Of a stretch of 64,000 bases of DNA, positions 57,073 to 64,000 are shown one piece after another (position 1 is the stretch's first letter; the number at the start of each line of letters is the position of its first letter). Source of the stretch: an uncultured Chromatiales bacterium. Its GTDB lineage: Bacteria; Pseudomonadota; Gammaproteobacteria; Steroidobacterales; Woeseiaceae. The stretch covers positions 35,596-99,595 of the forward strand of contig CBDUMZ010000005.1 in assembly GCA_965368465.1 (NCBI GenBank). Direction: 5' to 3'. The notes under the pieces are model-generated. The model had not been told where the DNA came from, did no database searches, and worked only from the letters and a program-made list of their open reading frames with translations. The position numbers and the translations under genes were made by a program.

Positions 57073-58541
57073 AACTCGTACCTGACATCCGCGACGACGT
57101 GCGGCAGAAGAGCAAGGCACGCGCGCGCCGGCACAACATCGTCCTGCCGACGTTCGCGCAGCAGAAAGACCCGACCCTCATCCCCGACTCGATCAAATCG
57201 CGGCTGCGGGACGTCGGGCTCTGGGATCTCGACCCGGCCAACCTGTTTCGCATTACCTGGAAGAACGAACCTGTCGCACACGGCGGCGGCTATGGCGAAG
57301 GCAACTGGATCGAGTTCCCCCCGGCACTGACCGGCATCGACGCCACGATCGTCGGCATCGTCGGCAAGTGGTTCCCGACCGGCGCTCACAAGGTCGGCGC
57401 GGCCTATGGGTGCCTGGTGCCGCGCCTCGTGACGGGCGCATTCGACCCGGATACGCAGAAAGCCGTGTGGCCCTCGACGGGCAATTACTGCCGCGGTGGC
57501 GCCTACGACTGCGCCCTGCTGTCCTGCCCGGCGGTTGCGATCCTGCCCGAGGGCATGAGCCGCGAGCGTTTCGAGTGGCTCGAGCAAATCGGAACCGACG
57601 AAGTCATCGCAACACCCGGGACCGAGTCGAACGTCAAGGAGATCTACGACAAGTGCTGGGAGCTCCGCGAAGAACGCGGCGACGGCATCGTGGTGTTCAA
57701 CCAGTTCGAGGAATTCGGTAACGCGATCTGGCACTACCAGATGACCGGGTCGATCGTCGACGAGATCTTCCGCAAGCACTACGCCGACGGGCGCCGCCTC
57801 TCCGGCTACGTCAGCGCCACGGGCTCGGCCGGCACGATCGCCGCAGGCGACTACCTGCGCACACAGCACCCGGACCTGCGCGTCGTCGCGACCGAGGCAC
57901 TGCAGTGCCCCACCCTGTTGCAATTCGGCTTCGGCGATCACCGCATCGAAGGTATCGGCGACAAGCACGTGCCGTGGATTCACAACGTGCGCAACACGGA
58001 CTTCGTTGCTGCCGTCGACGACGAACAAACCATGCAACTCATGCGATTGTTTAACGAAGACGCCGGACGAGCGTGCCTGCGCCGCGAAGGCGTGGACGAG
58101 GACACGCTCATCGCGCTCGGCCAGATCGGCATCTCCGGCATCTGCAACCTGGTCGCCGCGATCAAGACCGCGCGCTACTACGACATGGACGGCCGCGATG
58201 TGATCTTCACGCCGCTCACCGATTCCATGGAACTGTACTCGTCACGCATGCAGGAGATGAACGACGCCTGTGGCGCCTACAACGGCCGTCTCGCTGACCA
58301 GCACTTCGGCCGCTACCTGCAGGGGACGACCACCGATCACGTCCGCGAACTGACTTACGCGGACCGCAAGGCACTGCACAACTTCAAGTACTTCACGTGG
58401 GTCGAGCAACAGGGGCGCAGCTCTGACGAACTGCGCGAACTCTGGGATCCCGACTTCTGGCGTGAAGTGTTCTCACAGGATGTCGTTGACGAATGGGATC
58501 GACTCATCGATGCGTTCAACAGCGACGGAGGCAGCACATGA
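57069..58541 (+). CDS. Fold-type II (Trp-synthase-beta superfamily) PLP-dependent enzyme, unusual 490-aa form
   Basis: FPTGAHKVGAAYG (putative PLP-Lys, TrpB-like TGAHK), STGNYCRGGAY, SATGSAGTIAAG. ~100-aa N-terminal and ~130-aa C-terminal extensions. TTG start overlaps the xdhD stop. Confidence 0.7.
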   Translation: MKLVPDIRDDVRQKSKARARRHNIVLPTFAQQKDPTLIPDSIKSRLRDVGLWDLDPANLFRITWKNEPVAHGGGYGEGNWIEFPPALTGIDATIVGIVGKWFPTGAHKVGAAYGCLVPRLVTGAFDPDTQKAVWPSTGNYCRGGAYDCALLSCPAVAILPEGMSRERFEWLEQIGTDEVIATPGTESNVKEIYDKCWELREERGDGIVVFNQFEEFGNAIWHYQMTGSIVDEIFRKHYADGRRLSGYVSATGSAGTIAAGDYLRTQHPDLRVVATEALQCPTLLQFGFGDHRIEGIGDKHVPWIHNVRNTDFVAAVDDEQTMQLMRLFNEDAGRACLRREGVDEDTLIALGQIGISGICNLVAAIKTARYYDMDGRDVIFTPLTDSMELYSSRMQEMNDACGAYNGRLADQHFGRYLQGTTTDHVRELTYADRKALHNFKYFTWVEQQGRSSDELRELWDPDFWREVFSQDVVDEWDRLIDAFNSDGGST

Positions 58542-59731
58542 GCAGTACGTACTACCAGGACGCGATGGCGGTGAAACCCGACCTCGTCAAATTCATGCAG
58601 GACATCATCCGCATCCCCTCGTTGAGTTCCGAGGAAGGGGCTGTCGTCCAGCGTATCAGGGAAGAAATGCTGCGCATCGGCTACGACGAGGTGACGATCG
58701 ACCCGATGGGCAACGTCATCGGCCGCATCGGCTCGGGACCGAAAGTGATCGCGTTCGACGGTCACGTGGACACGGTCGACGTTGGCGATCCGGCGCTCTG
58801 GGACCGCGACCCGCATTCCGGCGACATCGAGGGCGACATCCTCTACGGCCGCGGCACGAGCGACATGAAAGGCGGCGTCGCATCGAGCGTCTATGCCGGC
58901 GCACTGCTCAGGAAGCGCGGTGTCCCGGACAACGTGACGGTCTACGTGACGGGCACGGTGCAGGAAGAGGACTGCGACGGCCTCTGCTGGCAGTACATCG
59001 TCAATGAAGACAAGCTCCGGCCGGACCTCGTGGTCATCACCGAGCCCACCAGCCTGCGCATCTACTACGGCCATCGCGGCCGCATGGAAATGGAGGTCCA
59101 CACCTCCGGTATCTCCTGCCATGGTTCGGCGCCCGAACGCGGCGACAACGCCGTGTACAAGATGGCCGGCATCATTGCCGATATCGAAAAGCTCAACGAA
59201 AAACTCGAGCCACGTGAGCCTCTCGGCAAGGGGACGGTAACCATTAGCGAAATCCGCTCGACCTCGCCGAGCCTCTGCGCCGTGGCCGATGGCTGTACGA
59301 TCCATCTCGACCGCCGCCTGACCGTCGGTGAAACCGAGCAGTCTTCGGTCGCGGAGATTCTTGCCCTGCCGTCCGTCAAGGCCGCCAACGCGACCGTGAC
59401 CGTGCTCGAGTACGCCGTCCCGAGTTACACCGGGCTCACCTACCCGACCCGCAAGTACTACCCGACCTGGGAGATGCCGGCAGACGGCCCCGAGATGCAG
59501 GCCGCGACCAGCGCTTTCCGCGACGCCTTCGGCAAGGAGCCCGAGATCGGGCACTGGACCTTCAGCACCAACGGCGTCGCCACGGCCGGCATGCACGGCA
59601 TCCCGTCCATCGGCTTCGGCCCGGGACACGAACACTTTGCGCACGCCCCGAACGAGCAGACCGAGATCGAGCACCTCGTATGCTGCGCAGCCTTTTATGC
59701 AGCCCTCGTCGATGAGTTCGCGAAGGACTAG
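58538..59731 (+). CDS. ygeY: YgeY-like M20 peptidase/deacylase
   Basis: IPSLSSEEG, IDPMGNVIGRIG, DGHVDTV, GRGTSDMKGG, QEEDCDG; collinear with E. coli YgeY as remembered. The ATG overlaps the upstream stop (ATGA). Confidence 0.85.
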   Translation: MSSTYYQDAMAVKPDLVKFMQDIIRIPSLSSEEGAVVQRIREEMLRIGYDEVTIDPMGNVIGRIGSGPKVIAFDGHVDTVDVGDPALWDRDPHSGDIEGDILYGRGTSDMKGGVASSVYAGALLRKRGVPDNVTVYVTGTVQEEDCDGLCWQYIVNEDKLRPDLVVITEPTSLRIYYGHRGRMEMEVHTSGISCHGSAPERGDNAVYKMAGIIADIEKLNEKLEPREPLGKGTVTISEIRSTSPSLCAVADGCTIHLDRRLTVGETEQSSVAEILALPSVKAANATVTVLEYAVPSYTGLTYPTRKYYPTWEMPADGPEMQAATSAFRDAFGKEPEIGHWTFSTNGVATAGMHGIPSIGFGPGHEHFAHAPNEQTEIEHLVCCAAFYAALVDEFAKD

Positions 59732-59747
59732 AAACAGGAGATACACG

Positions 59748-60749
59748 ATGACCCGCGAAGCCAAGCCCATACCCGGCCACATGAAAGGCCGCGACTGGCT
59801 CATGACCCAGGACTGGTCGGACGACGAGATCGAACTCGCGCTCGATACGGCCGACACCCTGAAAGACGAGTTCAAAAGCGGCGTGCCGACGCTGCACCTG
59901 CCGCACAAGAGCGGCTTCCTGATCTTCTTCGACAAGTCCACGCGCACACGCAACTCGTTCGAGGCCGGCATGACGCAGCTTGGCGGCCACGCGCACTTCA
60001 TCGATTCGGAAACCTCGCAGATCGCGCACGGCGAAAGCCCGAAGGACATGGGTACGATTCTTTCTACCTACGGGCACGGCATCATGATTCGGCACGACCT
60101 GGTGCCCGGCGAAGGCCAGACTTACATGCGCGAGGTTGCGCGGCACGCCTCGATCCCCGTCATCAACATGCAATGCGACGTGGACCACCCCTGCCAGACG
60201 CTCGCCGACCTTATGACGATTCGAGAAGAGTTCGGTAAAGACCTGAAAGATTTAAAGATTGCCGTCTCCTGGGCCTATGCCCCCAGCTATGTGAAACCGA
60301 TGTCCGTGCCGCAGGGCCTGATCATGCTCATGACGCGATTCGGCATGAACGTCACGCTCGCTCACCCGCCCGAGTACACCCTCATGGACGCACCCATGCA
60401 GATAGCCCGCGACAACGCGGCCCGCTCCGGCGGCCGTTTCGAAGTCGTGGACAACATGGCGGACGCGTTCGCCGACGCGGACATCGTGTACCCCAAGAGC
60501 TGGGGCGTGGAGTCCCTGTTCAGCCAGCCCGAGGAAGCCATGAACGTGGCGCTGCAGTACCGCGACTGGATCTGCGACGAGGCCATGATGGCCCGGGCAA
60601 AAGAGCGTGCCATCTACATGCATTGCCTGCCGGCGGACCGCAATTACGAGGTCACTGACGCGGTTATCGACGGCCCGCAGTCGCGCGTATACCCGGAAGC
60701 CGAGAATCGCCTGCACACGGCCAAGGCGCTCATGGCGCTGACCATGTGA
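59748..60749 (+). CDS. ygeW: YgeW-type knotted carbamoyltransferase
   Basis: STRTR, SQIAHGES, INMQCDVDHPCQ, WAYAPSYVKPMSVPQG, LMTRFGMNVTLAHP, DADIVYPKSW, YMHCLPAD: the YgeW-specific blocks. AGGAG RBS. Confidence 0.88.
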   Translation: MTREAKPIPGHMKGRDWLMTQDWSDDEIELALDTADTLKDEFKSGVPTLHLPHKSGFLIFFDKSTRTRNSFEAGMTQLGGHAHFIDSETSQIAHGESPKDMGTILSTYGHGIMIRHDLVPGEGQTYMREVARHASIPVINMQCDVDHPCQTLADLMTIREEFGKDLKDLKIAVSWAYAPSYVKPMSVPQGLIMLMTRFGMNVTLAHPPEYTLMDAPMQIARDNAARSGGRFEVVDNMADAFADADIVYPKSWGVESLFSQPEEAMNVALQYRDWICDEAMMARAKERAIYMHCLPADRNYEVTDAVIDGPQSRVYPEAENRLHTAKALMALTM

Positions 60750-61708
60750 TCGCCATGACGGGTAACAAACGACCACTCATCGTAATTGCCATCGGCGGCA
60801 ACTCGCTGATTCGCGACGCCGAGCATATGGATGTCCTCGACCAGTACCGCACGGCCGGGCAGACGGCCCGCCACATCGTCCCGCTGGTCAAAGCGGGCTA
60901 CCGCGTCCTGGTCACGCATGGCAACGGCCCGCAGGTCGGCTTCATCCTGCTCCGCTCCGAACTGGCTCGCGACAAGATCCACCAGGTCCCGCTGGCCAAC
61001 TGCGTCGCCGACACGCAAGGGTCGATCGGCCTGCAGATTGCACAGAGCCTGCAGAACGAGTTCCTGCACCAGGGCCTCGAACAGGCGGTAACGGCCATCG
61101 TCACGCAATGCGTCGTGGACGAGCAGGATCCGAGCTTCGCCGCGCCGAGCAAGCCGATCGGGCCATTCATGAGCGAAGAGGAAGCACGGCAGCGCGAACG
61201 GGACGAAGGCTGGGTCATCGGTGAGGATGCCGGACGCGGCTGGCGGCGCCTCGTACCCTCGCCGCAACCGCTCAGTGTCATCGAGCTGCCGGCAATCCGC
61301 ACGTTGCTGGACAGCGGCCAGGTGGTCATTGCCGCTGGTGGTGGCGGCATTCCGGTGGTGTTCCGTGAGGATGGCGAGCTGCGGCCCCGCCCCGCCGTCA
61401 TCGACAAGGATGCCGCGTCCTGCCTGCTGGCGCGGGAACTCGGTGCGTCGGTCTTCATCATCTCCACGGATGTCGACAAGGTTGCACTCAACTTCGGCAC
61501 CGACAAGGAGCGTGACATCGACCGCCTGACGGTTGCCGAGTGTCGCGAGCATCTCGCGGCCGGGCATTTTGCGGCCGGCAGCATGCGGCCGAAAATCGAA
61601 AGCGCCGTCCGCTTTCTCGAGGGCGGCGGCGAGAAAGTCATCATTACGCAGCCGCACAACCTGCGCGCCAACCTCGACAACATCTACGGCACGCACATCG
61701 TGCCGTAG
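60746..61708 (+). CDS. arcC: Carbamate kinase
   Basis: IAIGGNSL, THGNGPQVG, AGGGGIPV, IDKDAAS. A GTG start overlaps the ygeW stop; ATG 60755 is the alternative. Confidence 0.92.
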   Translation: MIAMTGNKRPLIVIAIGGNSLIRDAEHMDVLDQYRTAGQTARHIVPLVKAGYRVLVTHGNGPQVGFILLRSELARDKIHQVPLANCVADTQGSIGLQIAQSLQNEFLHQGLEQAVTAIVTQCVVDEQDPSFAAPSKPIGPFMSEEEARQRERDEGWVIGEDAGRGWRRLVPSPQPLSVIELPAIRTLLDSGQVVIAAGGGGIPVVFREDGELRPRPAVIDKDAASCLLARELGASVFIISTDVDKVALNFGTDKERDIDRLTVAECREHLAAGHFAAGSMRPKIESAVRFLEGGGEKVIITQPHNLRANLDNIYGTHIVP

Positions 61709-61720
61709 AGGACTGAGCCC

Positions 61721-62920
61721 ATGAACAGTTTCCGCTGTTTCGCCTGCGACAGGACCCAGCCCGCCGACTTCTCGGGCTGGGTCTGCCCGTCCTGTGGCGG
61801 CAATCTCGATGTCGTCAACGACCGCGAGACGATCCTGGAGCAGATACGCCAATCACCCTTCGACACGACGCGAATCCCCCTGGAGATCGGCAACACGCCA
61901 CTCTATGCCGCCCCGCGACTGGGGCATTCGATCGGCCTGCGCAACCTGTACCTCAAGGACGACACGGTCAGCCCGAGTGCATCGAGCAAGGATCGGGCCA
62001 GTGCCGCCGTCGTGCTGCGGGCGCTGCACGCAGGTGCCGATATCGTCTCGGTCGCGAGCACCGGCAACGCCGGCTCGTCGCTTGCCTGTGTCGCAGCGGC
62101 AGCGGGAATCAAGGCCGTGGTCATCGTTCCGGAAAGCGCACCGGTTGCCAAACTCACGCAGGCACTGGCCTTCGGTGCGACGGTGCTCGCTGTGCGCGGC
62201 ACCTACGACGACGCGTTCGACCTCTGCCTGAAAGCCTCTGCGCAATTCGGCTGGTACAACCGCAGCACGGGCATCAACCCGTACACACGCGAGGGAAAGA
62301 AGATCTGCGCGTGGGAGATCTGGGCCTCGCTGGAAGGCCGTGTGCCCGACAGGATCGTCGTGCCGACCGGTGACGGCAACCTCCTGAGCGGCATGTGGAA
62401 AGGCTGGCGGGAGCTCAAGGCGGTCGGCCTTATCGACCGCCTGCCGAAAATCGATTGCGCGCAGTCGGAAGGCAGCGATGCGATCTCCCGGACCGTGCGC
62501 GGGATCCGTGGCAGTCGTCAGCCCGACTGGGCCTCGCTCGAGGTAGCTGCCGTCGACGCGCACACGGTTGCCGATTCCATCTCCGTCGACCGGCCGCGCG
62601 ACGGGCTGGCCGCTGTCAGGGCCGTTTACGAGTCCGGCGGCGTAACGACGACCGTTCCCGACGTCGAGATTCTAGAGGCGATCCCCGAGATGGCTGCGGC
62701 CAGCGGCGTATTCGCGGAGCCGGCGGCCGCGGCAGCGTGGGCAGCGGTCAAGCGGATGGTGGCCGAACGGCAGATTGCAGCGGACGAACTCGTGGTCTGC
62801 CTCGTGTCGGGCAATGGCCTCAAGGACATTGCCCATGCGACAGAGGCTGTCGGCAGACCGAGCGTCATCGACCCGACGCTCGCGGCGGTTGAGTCGGCGC
62901 TGGCCTCAGCGCGAGGATAA
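61721..62920 (+). CDS. Threonine-synthase-like PLP enzyme with N-terminal zinc ribbon
   Basis: CFACDR...CPSCGG ribbon, NTPL, PSASSKDR (PLP-Lys region; ThrC normally has TGSFKDR), STGNAG, PTGDGNLLSG. Confidence 0.78.
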   Translation: MNSFRCFACDRTQPADFSGWVCPSCGGNLDVVNDRETILEQIRQSPFDTTRIPLEIGNTPLYAAPRLGHSIGLRNLYLKDDTVSPSASSKDRASAAVVLRALHAGADIVSVASTGNAGSSLACVAAAAGIKAVVIVPESAPVAKLTQALAFGATVLAVRGTYDDAFDLCLKASAQFGWYNRSTGINPYTREGKKICAWEIWASLEGRVPDRIVVPTGDGNLLSGMWKGWRELKAVGLIDRLPKIDCAQSEGSDAISRTVRGIRGSRQPDWASLEVAAVDAHTVADSISVDRPRDGLAAVRAVYESGGVTTTVPDVEILEAIPEMAAASGVFAEPAAAAAWAAVKRMVAERQIAADELVVCLVSGNGLKDIAHATEAVGRPSVIDPTLAAVESALASARG

Positions 62921-64000
62921 GGACAGCAACGCGTCCCGGCGCTGCATCAGCGCCTGCAGTCGCGTCTTGTCGAGCACGTTGCCGAGCTCGGCGCGCAGCG
63001 TCTTGTCGTCGAGCGCCTGCAATGCCGCCCGCCACTCATCGCCTACGGCCAGGCCAACGTCCACGATATCAGGCGGCAAGTCGCCGTCGGTAGCGAACGC
63101 CGCATTGTGATCGACCAGCATCAACGACCAGTCTTCGCGGTCGTACACCATGGCCGACGGCGAGCGAACGACGTTATGAATCAGCGCGTCGAATACGAGC
63201 ATCGCGTCTATCTGCTCCTCGACCGGACAGATAGCGGCAGCGCCCTCGCCAGCGGCTACGCGCTCCCGTTCGGTCAGCGTTACGCCAGGCAGGAATTGCA
63301 GCGTGCCGCGCCGGCCATCGATCGTCCGGCGCACGGTGACAGGCACCATGCCGAGCTGTAACTGGCGGTCAAGCCGATAAGCCGCAAACTCAGGCGCAAA
63401 GCGCGACTTCCCGGGCAGTGTCCGAAAGGTCGCAAGAACCGCCAGTTTCCCGTCCGTCACCTGCACGAGCTTCCATTCGGCACCTTCGGCGAGCACATCG
63501 AGGATATGCCCCGTTTCGAGCATTTTCGCGAGGTCGTCCTCGGTCAATGGCGCATCGCCGAGACCGACTTTGAACGGGTGCTCCACGGGCGCGACGCGCC
63601 GCCTGCCCGACTCTGTCACGACGCTCGCCTTGCCGCCCTCGAAAACCAGGGCATTGCCGCTGCCGCCGTAGACGTGGCTCAACATGCCGGTGTCTATTTC
63701 GAACACCCGGCCACCGAATCTCTGTTGCACCTGCCGCGTTGACGTCGTTGTGTGACCGATCACGAGCCGGGATGCATCGACTTTCTGCAATACGGCATCC
63801 AGCTGTCGGGACTCGACAAAGCGATTGCACATGGCACTTCCGCGATACCAGGTTGGCCCGGCCGGCTTGTGCAGCGGCGACTCGCTGAAGTCGATGAGCT
63901 GCTGAGCGGTTGCCGCAACTGCTGGCTGCAGCGTCCCGGCATCCAGTAATCTCGCCAGCGCTTTCGGTGTCTTCCGGAAGCTATCCCAGGGGGTCAGTAC
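62906..64000 (-). CDS. Metallophosphoesterase (C-terminal part seen) fused to a Fam20/secretory-kinase-like C-terminal domain; 5' end beyond the window
   Basis: The frame is open from 63832 to the window edge (..GPTWYRGSAMCN..). LVIGHT is the last phosphoesterase motif. The C-terminal ~200 aa carries EFAAYRLDRQLQLGMVPVTVRR and FDALIHNVVRS...LVDHNAAF. Confidence 0.65.
   Translation of the reverse strand, partial: VLTPWDSFRKTPKALARLLDAGTLQPAVAATAQQLIDFSESPLHKPAGPTWYRGSAMCNRFVESRQLDAVLQKVDASRLVIGHTTTSTRQVQQRFGGRVFEIDTGMLSHVYGGSGNALVFEGGKASVVTESGRRRVAPVEHPFKVGLGDAPLTEDDLAKMLETGHILDVLAEGAEWKLVQVTDGKLAVLATFRTLPGKSRFAPEFAAYRLDRQLQLGMVPVTVRRTIDGRRGTLQFLPGVTLTERERVAAGEGAAAICPVEEQIDAMLVFDALIHNVVRSPSAMVYDREDWSLMLVDHNAAFATDGDLPPDIVDVGLAVGDEWRAALQALDDKTLRAELGNVLDKTRLQALMQRRDALLSLSSR

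Noticed and set aside
1-64000. Search for CRISPR arrays, tRNA/rRNA genes, IS elements, integrases, prophage or toxin-antitoxin modules
   Set aside because: I saw no direct-repeat/spacer arrays, no cloverleaf-like or rRNA-like non-coding stretches (every intergenic gap is 170 nt or less), and no transposase, integrase or phage-like ORFs. This was visual inspection only; tRNAscan and Infernal would be decisive.

Overview
This is a 64 kb high-GC chromosomal segment that looks gammaproteobacterial, based on rnfABCDGE-nth synteny, aceE-aceF-lpd and pilT paralogues. Coding density is near saturation and many genes are translationally coupled. I saw no rRNA, tRNA, CRISPR array, transposase or integrase.

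The left half (1-33.6 kb) is mostly housekeeping:
- a HEAT-repeat Ser/Thr kinase followed by two PilT-family ATPases
- metG, rnfABCDGE and nth
- a DUF692 (MNIO)/DUF2063/DoxX cassette
- an APC permease and the pyruvate dehydrogenase operon
- an M17 peptidase, rnt, grxD and nadC
- a GAF-PAS-GGDEF-EAL protein and a large lipoprotein
- a YbjQ/YbjQ/M48 operon and a cold-shock gene

The right half (33.7-63 kb) is an anaerobic redox and accessory-metabolism region:
- a GltD-like oxidoreductase coupled to pyruvate:ferredoxin oxidoreductase
- an 11-haem cytochrome c
- a six-gene operon of split YeeE/YedE, PsrABC-like molybdoenzyme and rhodanese
- a tryptophanase/tyrosine phenol-lyase family enzyme
- a tightly coupled nine-gene operon: YgfK, SsnA, YgfM, XdhD, a PLP enzyme, YgeY, YgeW, carbamate kinase and a ThrC-like enzyme

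The nine-gene operon resembles the selenium-dependent molybdenum hydroxylase / anaerobic purine-catabolism cluster, but HyuA and YgeX are absent and two different PLP enzymes are present.

The most promising candidates for undescribed biology are:
- the variant nine-gene operon
- the precursor-less MNIO cassette
- the sulfur/selenium operon with its catalytically dead rhodanese
- the GltD-like/PFOR pair
- the HEAT-kinase/PilT operon

All family assignments rest on motifs I read in the translations and on remembered family signatures. No database search was run.
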